Shown here: positions 36,384-48,294 of the stretch, piece by piece
How positions within the stretch are numbered: position 1 is the first letter of the stretch
Layout: each line of letters opens with the position of its first letter
NCBI RefSeq assembly: GCF_902652985.1
Contig: NC_047016.1
Coordinates: 11,408,001-11,472,000, forward strand
Origin: Pecten maximus
Taxonomy: Eukaryota
Length of the DNA stretch: 64,000 nt
Reading direction: 5' to 3'
Notes under the pieces: generated by a model
Database searches by the model: none
The model's input: only the letters and a program-made list of their open reading frames with translations
What the model was told of the DNA's origin: nothing
Made by a program: the position numbers and the translations under genes

Positions 36384-38185
36384 TTTTTTTTTCAATGAAA
36401 AAGTATTGTAAGTATTACAAATTGCATATGAGTTAAACGGAAAAATAGTAATAGATACAATATGTACAAGGTGCGTTAATTAATTAATAATTATCAATAT
36501 AATATAGAATATATTATTACCATCATGCATACCTCATTCATTCACTGATTCAGTACATTCTTTTCACTCGTCTGACTTAAGATGATGACTTAACTGTTTC
36601 AGGTGTTTCTTTTCTTGAGTTGATTTTGTTTTCCATATGTAGTTATTAAGGTCCTGTTTGAACATTTTTAAGACACTGACTGCTGATGTTTTACAGTCAC
36701 TAATATGGTAGGTCCTATAGATTGAGTATCCAATTAGTGTATAAATAATATTAGGTGTGTGATATACAGGATTGTTTGTTATTTCCTGTCACAATAAATT
36801 CAAACATTCTACTTGTGTTTATCTTACATGTAGAGAGTGCTGAATGAACATTTTTCCAGAAGGGTTTTAAGTAAGCACATTCTATGAAGTAGTGTTTCAA
36901 GTCTTCACACTTTCCACAATGTTTGCAGGCATGGTTGTCTGTAATTTTCCATTGCTCGAGTTGTAACTGAGTAGGGATTATTTGATTGATGAGCTTATAT
37001 TTGAATTGAACAATCCTATTATCCTTTATTTTTTTAAAAACAAATTCTGAGATTCCAGCCCATGTTGATTCCTTTATCGTTTTGTTTAGTATTTTATTCC
37101 AGGAGTCATACACAAAAGGTTTCACAAATTTTTGTATTTTTAATGTTTCATATACAATTTTATTATTCAACATATTTAAGGGAATTATTGAACCGGTTGT
37201 GTTATTTAAAATTCCAAATTGAATTACATAGTGCAGAGTTGGGTATGGTGTAAGTCTGAGTTTATTCACCCATTCTCTTGGTATAGCCTTTTTTAATTGG
37301 GTTACTTCAGACATCCAGTCTCGTTTGTTCGTCAAATGTGCTAGAATCTTTCTTTGAGAGAATAGGCCATTTTCAAATAAATCATCAATTAAAAGTATAC
37401 CCGAATCAATCCAATTAGTGAAAATTATAACTTTATTGTTTAATTTGATGTTTGTTTCCCCATATTAATTGTTTTCTTATTTCAAGTTGGTTTCTTGGTT
37501 TTAGAGTTTGCCCCCTACCTGTTGTGATCCATACTTTTATAACTTCTTGATAAAAAGTAGGTGTTTGTTTGAGCTTGGGTAAGGATTTAATGCTGTCCAA
37601 ATTCATTTTGAATATACAAAAGTCATTCCCATATTTTCTGAGAAAGAAGTTTGGTGTAATTTTCCAGTTAGCAGGGGTGTTTTCTTTCAACGCTTTAACC
37701 CATTTTACCCTTAAACTGGTGAAGTATGATTCTAGACCAGGGAAGTTAATTCCACCAGCTGTGATTACCAATTAGAGTTTTTCGTTTAATTTTTTCCTTT
37801 TTCCCAGACCACAGGAAATCATAAATTATCTTTTCTAGTTGCTTTATTATGTGTTTGGGTATTATTAGAGTTTGTGCAAGATATGTGAATTTTGGAATTA
37901 TGATACTTTTTATAATTATAGTTTTGCCTATAATTGTTAGGTCTCTTCTTTTCCACAAATTCAAGCAATTTGTGCATTTAGCTATTTTTTCATTCCGATT
38001 TAACTGTTCACATTGATTTTTGTTGTGACCAAAGTATACACCTAGTGCTTTGATCGGATCTTCTGGCCAGTTTATACCACCTATCTTTTGTTTACTATTT
38101 TTTAATTTCCCTATCCAAAGACCGTCAGTTTTATTCTTGTTTAGTATCAACCCCGATACCTCCCCAAATTTTAAAATTATCTGTT
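36384..38185 (-). mobile_element. 5'-truncated, frameshifted L1/Tx1-clade LINE (RT C-terminus plus zinc-binding CCHC region) with short poly(A)
   Basis: Three consecutive minus-strand ORFs (LNKNKT..IKALGVYFG..WKRRDLTIIGK..FLWSGK; GGINFP; CKHCGKCEDLKHYFIEC); T-run at 36384-36392. Confidence 0.85.
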
Positions 38186-39084
38186 TTATAGTAATATAGC
38201 CAAATTGTTCTCTTTTGGCGCTGCCCCTCAGCCTCCCCCTGGTGGTCAGCCCCTACCATTAGAAGCTCCACCACCTAGGGTTGCTACCACAGTCAACAAT
38301 ATATCCAAATTGTTCCCCTTTTGCAACCCCCCCCCCCCCCCCCTTTTCCCTCAGCGTTCCGCCGTTTGTAGCTTTTTGAATCCCCATCACTTACAGATGC
38401 TTCCAGTCAAATAAGGTTAAATTCCAATAAATAATTAAGAAGAAGTCGTTTTTGTTAAATTGTATAAGGATAACACAGTATGGCTCACCTTGGTCTGACC
38501 AGGAGATCTAACATTTCATTTTATAGTGAGGCATGACACCCAATCTTGGTTTGTGACACTCCCAAAAAGGAATTGGTAATGGTATGCCATAACTGTTTTT
38601 GACACACAAAATAAAAACTCAAAACTGTTCAAGATGTTTATCTATTTTAATATGTAAACTTGATTCTGAGGCTGAATTTAAACATCATTTCTTACATATT
38701 CAAAATATTGCAACACACACTCATCAGTTGGTGATGGTAAAGGCCTGAGACAGTCAGTACAAAGCATGTCCTTATTTCAGTGGTAAGGCAATATATCAAG
38801 ATTAATGCTACTTATATTGAAAGCAAGGCACAAAATTATATTGACATGGAGGGAGATAATTTGTGGGAAAACACTATTTTCTATGGTAATCTAAATGCCA
38901 TGGTTGATTCTAAAATCTCTGAAATGATAAGTAACCTGCTGTGTTTTGGCTTAACATCAAATCAAACTACAAATTAAAGAATTTGAGAAAAAAAATTAAG
39001 GGTGTAATTATAAATAATTTAGAGAGTGCTTATCAATATTCAATGAGTGTAGATAAAAGACAAGGCACAAGTTTCACGAGCACC

Positions 39085-39290
39085 GATATCGACAGGTTTC
39101 TAATATTTTCTCTGATATCGACCAGGTTTCTGATATTTTCTCTGATATCGACAGGTTTCTGATATTTTCTCTGATAACGACAGGTTTCTGATATTTTCTC
39201 TGATATCGACCAGGTTTCTGATATTTTCTCTGATATCGACAGGTTTCTGATATCTTCTCTGATATCGACAGGTTTCTGATATCTTCTCTA
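39085..39290. repeat. 29-30-bp tandem repeat (~7 copies)
   Basis: Unit gatatcgac(c)aggtttctgatattttctct. Confidence 0.9.
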
Positions 39291-40193
39291 ATTGATCTTC
39301 CAATATACCGAAAGTGATTGTACATAATTACATCCTAAAATTGTTGTTTTAAATATCACAAAATAGTTGTTGAAATTCTCGTTTTCAAAGTTTGAAAAAA
39401 TATTTTCCAGAATATAAATGAATGGCAAAGATTGTGTGCTAACAGACATGGTTGGAGTCTTACCATTACATAGATGGGAGGATGTTTACTTCTGACAATT
39501 GTTGCACTTTTAACAACTTTTACTTTAACATGGTTCAACAGGGGTTCGGATGGAAAAAGCATAAAAAAATAAATATATTTTTGTTCCCCATATTAGATTA
39601 CTATACTTTGATATCTAAAAAAATAAAACATTTTTTTTAACAAAAACAACATTTTCAAATACAACACCTTCATAACAAATACAAAATGTTGTCACAGCAT
39701 AACAAATGCCAATGTGAGTGTAAGATTCAAAATACATAGCACAAACATGTCACATTTTCTCGGGTAGATAAGAAAGTAATCTATTATACAATACTTTCTA
39801 ATTTCTATTTGTCTCTTCCAGTCACTTAAACAATGACGTACATCGTTGTAAACACCGCTATGAAGACCAGTGTGTCAGTTCATACACTCTTATTTGTATA
39901 AACACAACCTAAAACATATGTTATTTGATATAGCAATGTCAGGACATTACCTATATAAAAGATAGATGCCACGTATTGCCGTCTCTACTCGTATACCACA
40001 CAAGTCAAACAGACAAAGATATATCAGTAATGGTGCTGTAAAGTACTTACATACGAAATCATCTGACTTCCAATGCAAATATCTAAAATGAACTTACTTA
40101 TTTTGGCACATTAAAATCTTAGCATGTTCTCAAATTTTAACAAATCAGTAATGAATGTCACACCCTACATTATTTTCCATAGAATCAGTGATA

Positions 40194-40323
40194 ATAGAGT
40201 CCTATAATATATGAATTTCAGGGTTCATATTGTAATTCTACAAATAGCGAAAATGTTAAATATCCGATAAAAAATGCTAAAAATCCCAATATGAACCTCA
40301 ATATCATATATTACAGGACTATA
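40194..40323. mobile_element. Imperfect inverted repeat / MITE-like
   Basis: agtcctataatatatga..ggttcatattg ... caatatgaacc..tcatatattacaggact. Confidence 0.5.
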
Positions 40324-40689
40324 GCATAATGAGAGTACTGCTTCCAACGCAAATGGTTATAAGACAAGATTTCTGCCTGAAAAGGAATATTTACAGTATA
40401 CAGTATGTACATCAGTGCTCCACCTAATTTGTGTTTTAGAGAATTATGAATTAAAATTGGAAAAAAACCCAATTATACTTAAATATTGGCAAAATGCAGA
40501 TATTAGAAATAATCCCTGTAACGTCTGTTGTTAGTCCTTGGTGCTAAGTGTTATCCACTATCATTAGCCAAACATTATAAGTAGGAGACAAATTCAGTAA
40601 AAGAACCACATGTAACTAACTATTTGATTGGTGTCGGGAAAAAAGTCCTGACCAATCACTAAACTGATGTATTTCTTTTGAAGATTACA

Positions 40690-42280
40690 ATTGTGGCCGT
40701 GATTGAGCCTTCAATCATGAGGTGGCCATGACTGAGCCTTCAATCACAATGTGGCCATGACTGAGCCTTCAATCACAAGGTGGCCTTGACTGAGCCTTCA
40801 ATCACAAGGTGGCCTTGACTGAGCCTTCAATCACAAGGTGGCCTTGACTGAACCTTCGATCACAATGTGGCCTTGATTGAGCCTTCGATCACAATGTGGC
40901 CATGACTGAGCCTTCGATCACAATGTGGCCTTGATTGAGCCTTCGATCATAATGTGGCCATGACTGAACCTTCGATCACAATGTGGCCATGACTGAACCT
41001 TCGATCATAATGTGGCCTTGACTGAACCTTCGATCATAATGTGGCCTTGACTGAACCTTCGATCACAATGTGGCCTTGATTGAGCCTTCGATCACAATGT
41101 GGCCATGACTGAGCCTTCGATCACAATGTGGCCTTGATTGAGCCTTCGATCATAATGTGGCCATGACTGAACCTTCGATCACAATGTGGCCATGACTGAA
41201 CCTTCGATCATAATGTGGCCTTGACTGAACCTTCGATCATAATGTGGCCTTGACTGAACCTTCGATCACAATGTGGCCTTGATTGAGCCTTCGATCACAA
41301 TGTGGCCATGACTGAGCCTTCGATCACAATGTGGCCATGACTGAGCATTCGATCACAATGTGGCCATGACTGAGCCTTCGATCACAATGTGGCCATGACT
41401 GAGCCTTCGATCACAATGTGGCCATGACTGAACCTTCGATCACAATGTGGCCATGACTGAGCCTTCGATCACAATGTGGCCATGACTGAGCCTTCGATCA
41501 CAATGTGGCCATGACTGAACCTTCGATCATAATGTGGCCTTGACTGAACCTTCGATCATAATGTGGCCTTGACTGAACCTTCGATCACAATGTGGCCATG
41601 ACTGAGCCTTCGATCACAATGTGGCCATGACTGAGCCTTCGATCACAATGTGGCCTTGATTGAGCCTTCGATCACAATGTGGCCATGACTGAACCTTCGA
41701 TCATAATGTGGCCTTGACTGAACCTTCGATCACAATGTGGCCTTGATTGAGCCTTCGATCACAATGTGGCCATGACTGAACCTTCAATCACAATGTGGCC
41801 TTGACTGAACCTTCGATCACAATGTGGCCATGACTGAACCTTCGATCACAATGTGGCCATGACTGAACCTTCGATCATAATGTGGCCTTGACTGAACCTT
41901 CGATCACAATGTGGCCTTGATTGAGCCTTCGATCATAATGTGGCCATGACTGAACCTTCGATCACAATGTGGCCATGACTGAACCTTCGATCATAATGTG
42001 GCCTTGACTGAACCTTCGATCACAATGTGGCCTTGATTGAGCCTTCGATCACAATGTGGCCATGACTGAGCCTTCGATCACAATGTGGCCATGACTGAGC
42101 ATTCGATCACAATGTGGCCATGACTGAGCCTTCGATCACAATGTGGCCATGACTGAGCCTTCGATCACAATGTGGCCATGACTGAACCTTCGATCACAAT
42201 GTGGCCATGACTGAGCCTTCGATCACAAGGTGGCCTTGATTCAGCCCTCGATCATAATGTGGTTGTGACTGAGCCTTCAA
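40690..42280. repeat. 29-bp minisatellite (~54 copies)
   Basis: Unit gtggcc(a/t)tgactga(g/a)ccttcgatcacaat. Confidence 0.97.
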
Positions 42281-43275
42281 TATGGGGGAATTGAAGATGG
42301 ATCAATGACAAAACACGACTCAATATTTTTGCTAAAGTTTTGAAAATGAAAGTTGTAAACATTCCTTTTACCCTTCCCTGACTGAAGGCAATAACATTAA
42401 CTGAAACACTGGTACACTGCCTACAATTATCACTGATTCTTTGTATTGGCAGGTGAATGTGGAAACAGTCATTGGTACAGTGTAAAATAGTGTCTTAATT
42501 AACATGTTCAAGAGCACTGCATGTATTAACAGATACTTAGCTTTGTGTATTGAAAGACAAGACCTGTACCTGAGGTGTATATGTATCACAGAGAACACTG
42601 CATCATGTATCTCAGGGACTTGACACAAATTCTGAACCACCATCAAAAATATTAACTTATAATATAACTGTGTAGATGTGGATTTGTGAGAAGTCCCTGT
42701 GGTATGCATCATTATCACAGAGAACACTGTTAAACTGATATTACAAAACAACACTTGATATCATACAGAACACTTAGTAGTAAATTGAGATCTTGTGGAG
42801 TATTGCTTGGATATAGAAAATCTATTTCATGTAAGAAAGACAACTCTTACTTCAGAAACTACCAGTTTGTCCCTATTTTAAGACAAAATTTCCCTGACAT
42901 TTTCTTTATCATTATCATCACTTCAATCTTTAACTTCATCCAACACCAATAACCCTAACATGAAATAATGAGTAAAACATAACCCTAACATGAAATAATG
43001 AGTAAAACAGAGTCTAAAACAAATTTTTTTTTTAACTCAAAGTACTACATTTAACACAAGTACAAGTTTGGTTATCTCCCTTTGGAAAACATGGAAGCAC
43101 AGATGTATAATCTCATAAACATAAGCCAATTAACTGTGTTAGTGCTTCAAACATGTAGCAATTTTTTTAATAAATAAAGTGTAGCAGCCATCTCTGTTTT
43201 TATTGCAAATACCATGTAAATAAAATCAGAAATTAAGTTTCTGAAATTGCTTGTCATCCTATGTCGGTTTCCTGG

Positions 43276-43469
43276 TCATTGTACTTCATCTACTAAAAGT
43301 TCAATGTCCACATTATCATGAGCTCCCTGTAGTAGCAACTCTCCCTCATATTTAATGTACTTTTTCTTCTTTGCTGCCCGAAGAGTTCCGACAAGGGCCT
43401 CAAACATGTTAGCACATTTTTCATCTTTGAAAAGAGTACCAAATTTCACAACACACTTCCCATTGGAAT
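43276..43469 (-). CDS. ABRACL: ABRACL coding exon 2
   Basis: NSNGKCVVKFGTLFKDEKCANMFEALVGTLRAAKKKKYIKYEGELLLQGAHDNVDIELL..*; Costars domain; 86 aa in total. Confidence 0.93.
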
Positions 43470-43839
43470 CTGAAAAATCCAGAACATTAGACAAGTTACC
43501 ATCCAGTAAGAGAAATGACTTATTTAATATGATCAGGCCATGAACCTAAGATGATATATGTACAAGGAATTCAAAAATAAACTAGGCAGTCAAATGAAAT
43601 ACAGGTTGTTTGGCAAAATCCTACTGGCTCAGGATATATGCTACTCTAAAATAATTCATTGAGATATTAAATTTTGAAATAGATGTTTATCCTCTTTAAT
43701 TTCTTATTGATCCAATTCAATAAAACAACATAGTGTTACCAAAGGAGAAGCCAAACACTTCTTGTAATGTTGTCTGCAAATAAAGTGTGGACAATTCTAA
43801 TACAGACTGATAGGGGCATCGACAAATCTACTGAAAAAA

Positions 43840-44512
43840 GGTATTGACTTCTGTACTACACAAGAGAACTGACACCTCTAGTACACATGGGAGCCAACAT
43901 TTCTAGTACACACAGGTATTGACACTTCTAGAACACATGGGTATTGACACTTCTAGTACACAAAGGTATCGACACTTCTAGTACACAAAGGTATTGACAC
44001 TTCTAGTACACAAAAGTATTGACACTTCTAGTACACAAAGGTATTGACACTTCTAGTACACAAAAGTATTGACACTTCTAGTACACAAAGGTATTGACAC
44101 TTCTAGTACACAAAGGTATCGACACTTCTAGTACACAAAGGTATTGACACTTCTAGTACACAAAAGTATTGACACTTCTAGTACACAAAGGTATTGACAC
44201 TTCTAGTACACAAAGGTATTGACACTTCTAGTACACAAAGGTATTGACACTTCTAGTACACAAAGGTATTGACACTTCTAGTACACAAAGGTATTGACAC
44301 CTCCACTACACATGGGTATTGACACTTCTAGTACACATAGCTATTGACACCTCTAGTATACATGTGTATTGACACTTCTACTACACATGGGTATTGACAC
44401 TTCTAGTACATAATGGGTACTGACACTTCTACTACACATGGGTATTGACACTTCTAGTACACATGGGTATTGACACCTCTAGTACACAAAGGTATTGACA
44501 TCTCTACTACAC
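43840..44512. repeat. 25-bp minisatellite in the ABRACL intron (~27 copies)
   Basis: Unit ggtattgacacttctagtacacaaa. Confidence 0.95.
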
Positions 44513-44779
44513 ACCAGCATTGGAACATATATTACAGAAGGTAGGGTTGGTGCCTAGTGGGTAAGTGAGGGATGGGTGGAAGGACTGCAAACCTGAAAAC
44601 CTTTCTTAAAATTCATTATCAATTCAAAATTAATCAAAAGCTGATATATGTCCTACACACATTGGAATAAATGAATTTGAGAACATAGGTTGGTAATTAA
44701 TATGAAAGTTAAGTTTGATACAATATGTAGGAGGTATATGTCTATTACTATACAAGTTGAACATTGCTGAATGAGGCCA

Positions 44780-44960
44780 AAACGGGTGTTCAGGTGGCAC
44801 AGTGGTAACACATCTTCCTTTCACCTAGGTGGCCGGTCTCCATGCTCTGATGGGACATGAAAAGGTATGGGGTCACCTTTCCGACCATGTGGTTTTTCCC
44901 TGGGTTCTCTGGTTTCCTCCAACAGTAAAGACCCATTGTGTGCTTCAATCCGTGCCAATA
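44780..44960 (+). mobile_element. Degenerate tRNA-derived SINE (V/Meta-type central domain)
   Basis: ggtggcacagtggtaa A-box-like head; ggtttttccctgggttctctggtttcctcc core. Confidence 0.6.
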
Positions 44961-45036
44961 AGCATGAATAATATAAATTGATAGAACTATTTTTGTAATT
45001 GTTGTAAATTTTACATTTACATATGCCAAAACTTAC

Positions 45037-45103
45037 TCTTGGTGTCAGCACCTAGGCGCTTCAGCTCTTCAACTAACAGGCTTACTTCATGTTCAACATT
45101 CAT
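45037..45103 (-). CDS. ABRACL: Costars family protein ABRACL, coding exon 1
   Basis: MNVEHEVSLLVEELKRLGADTK|gtaagt. Acceptor AG at 45121-45120 implies an upstream non-coding exon. Confidence 0.92.
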
Positions 45104-46479
45104 AATGATGCTATAATACCTGTAACCACAATATTAACTCCATTAGTCAAAGAAATCATTGGTGTTACAATAGATTTATAAATAGGCGTCAGAAAAAAAG
45201 ATTTCAGCTCCATCATAATAGCAGACTGGACAATCACACCTTTAAAATTAATTATGTGGCTATATTTAATATGGAAGCATCATGTCATGGTTTTCATGTA
45301 TCAATCAAATTATCATTGATTTGTATTTGAACTTTGAGCTCTAACATTGAAAGTTATTTGTCAAAAGCAAAGCCTCCAAAGCATAACATTACAAGGATCA
45401 CAACCACTTGCACAGATCCTAGAATGACAGGGTTTCCTATGCTTATGTAGGTCTCTATTTAGATGTCAATTGATTAGTGGTAAACGGTTGTATTACATTC
45501 TGCATACAAATTGGGATCACCGTATCCTGTATACATCAATCCTGAGTTCATGACCATATATTATGATTATAAGGAAACTCATGCAAAATCTAGTTATACC
45601 AGGGCTGTTGCCATGTTGTGATCCTTTTTTTCCTAGGGCTAGTCTGAATTACTCAAGATGTGGTATTGACTTTTTGGCACCAGAACATATATTTATAAAA
45701 AAGAAGAAGACGTAATTCAAACTATCTAAATACATGAAGGAAAATGGCATTGGATTGCGCAAATAAAGACCTCCAAAACATTACCTTTAAACTAAAACTA
45801 TGTATTTTAAACTGCTCTCTCTCTTGTTGAAGTGTTCATTTGCGAGGACAAGTTGGTTCATCATTTTTTAACTAACATTTCAGGCATTCTTTCGACTTGC
45901 AGATGTTTAATTAAGAACAAAGTGATTTTATGTTGCTTCCAGGTGTGCCTTGCCATAGTCTTCCAGTGACTCTATGTGCAGGTGCATCCAAATTAATACT
46001 TGAAATGGTATTAATTAATGTTACATTTGAACTGATCGACTAATAGGACAAATCATTTGGAATGTGAAAGTGGAAGCCACCCTACTTCTTACGTAAAATA
46101 CATTGGTAGCACAGGTGCGGGGTTCTTCAGAAACAATAGTGATTGCACACCCGCTACTAGTAATATACCCTTGCAGTAGAGGGCGTGTTATCATTATGTT
46201 TGCTATATACTATTAGAAGACCATATTAGAACCTGTGTTTGGTAAATACACAAACGTTGAATACAGTTTCATTCTATATTAAATAAAGGAGCTTTGGTCG
46301 GATAAGATTTGCGTGTACGGTTCCATCGCTCGGCTCGCTTCCTGTATATGTGTATTGCATCGCATAGATTCTAATGGCATAATCTTAATGCACTGATCCG
46401 CCCAACGCAATTTTCTTTTGTGACATCATTCATTGATTTCATGAATGGGTTATGCCTAGATGTAGCGCGTTCGCAGACG

Positions 46480-46791
46480 TATACTTACCCAACAAACCGC
46501 TTATGTATCAGTTATGAAATAACGTTACTCAGGCAAGATTCTTCGAACTTTGGTGAAACGTTGTGTATTCGCCGGTATCGAAACCCTAACCAGGAAGTAA
46601 ACCGGAAATAGCGTGAGAAGATTGCGCATGTTAAGTTTTTCTACAGTCGCACATGCGCATCATTACAGAGCCATCTTGAAGTTGTCGAGTGAATACGGAA
46701 TATTATTGGTGAAATTCTTTTAATTTCATCGTAATAGGATAACTTTAACATGGCAGTTGTCAGAAAAAGATGATAGAATGTGTATTCGACA
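46480..46791. promoter_or_regulatory. Putative bidirectional promoter ABRACL/AGAP1
   Basis: CpG-richer segment with ETS motifs (CAGGAAGT, CCGGAA, about 46591-46608) and NRF1-like TGCGCATG / GCACATGCGCA (about 46623-46660). A minus-strand GTAAGT donor at 46488 could end a non-coding ABRACL exon. Confidence 0.55.
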
Positions 46792-46966
46792 ATGAATTCG
46801 AGGAGTCCGATGCAGCCATACCTTAGTAATTCCCTGGCTATCCGTCAGGAGATCCAGCGATTCGAGAGCGTACACCCGAGTATCTACGCTATTTATGATT
46901 TAATAGATGCTATCCCTGACCCGTTAATACAGCAGCAGATTCGGGAGCATGTCGTCTGCATAGAAG
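46792..46966 (+). CDS. AGAP1: Arf-GAP with GTPase, ANK and PH domains (AGAP1/centaurin-gamma), coding exon 1; remaining exons not found in the window
   Basis: [58 protein letters not shown]|gtatgt matches the conserved AGAP1/3 N-terminus ([23 protein letters not shown]...QIREHVIAIED). Confidence 0.9.
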
Positions 46967-48104
46967 GTATGTAAAATTAACTTTTTAAACCATACAAGTC
47001 ATTTTCTTAATGTATTTGACAGCAAAACATCCTGTAAATTACAATAGAGCAAGCGGAGAAGCCATTTGTAAACAAATGCATGCAGAAGTTGGTCATACGA
47101 TTTTGCTGCCGGCGAATGAAGATTCTTCCAACATGCTGTGGAATCTGACAATGGATGTCATTGGCGTTTTATTTAGATTTATTATGAAAAAATACTGTTC
47201 AAACTTACGCATTAGAAGAAATGGTAAGCGTACGTGTCACCGTGAAACACGTGATGTGGAGAGAGGCATCATAAAACTACACCCATTCCCTGACTGGTAA
47301 TCAATGTCTGCATTTCTAATCAATGTGGCCATACAGTATCTGCAGTTGTCGAATCTTGCATGAATCGTTGCGGGAGAATGTATTATTTGCATGTTAACAT
47401 ATATACTCATATCAATTTTGATGAATACAATAATCGTATATTACTATTATATATGGTCAAAACATTAGTAAGGTATGATGTTGACATCATGGGGAAAAAT
47501 AATGAAATGAATTATGTTTCCAATTGTTTAATGTTAGATCTTTCCTTAATACTATATCAGTACATAAGATCCTGCTTCTTCACAGGATATATCGGTAGCA
47601 TTTAGTGATTTTCAAATTAGACTATCCATTAATACTCCTGTCAGCTACATAATTTGTATATGTGTGTATAGTCATCTTTAGCAGAAACACATATCAGTAA
47701 AATTAGGTTACAGATAAGAATGTTACTAGCATTAAAGAAACTAAGAAGATTTAAATGTGAGCTTGGGGATGAGCTAGCATAATTACTGAAAAAGGAGAAG
47801 ATATTTAACAACTTCCACATTTATTTCAATAGATGGCATATCATCTAGATCTGACAACAGTTTTCTTCTAGCATGTGAGAATAAACATATACACAGCTGA
47901 CTTTAGTGTGTCAACAAATAATCAGCGTTAATGTAATGCAATCTCAGACCGAGCTGTCACATTTGCTGGTTAGTACACCTAACTGACAGCTGTCTGCCCT
48001 GAATTACATGCTCACCTTAAGGCTCAGGTGTGGTATGATGTCAAAATGACCAGTCACCTAAGGCCCAGTTTGTCCACCAAAACCTTTCACTTCGCCATTA
48101 AGAT

Positions 48105-48294
48105 CAGGGCTTTTTTCTCAATCGTTTGGGAAGAGGCCTTTTTATCTCATTTTGGGAAAACAATTGGTGAATTGTGAAAGATTTTTTCAGGAGTAAACTG
48201 CAAATTTTGGGAATATGACTTGAATATAACAATTTAAATTGGGAATGTAATGAGGCCCATTAATGGCCCTAAAAAGCCCCCAGAAAAAGCCCTG
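48105..48294. mobile_element. hAT-like MITE
   Basis: TIRs cagggcttttt / aaaaagccctg; no clear 8-bp TSD. Confidence 0.5.
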
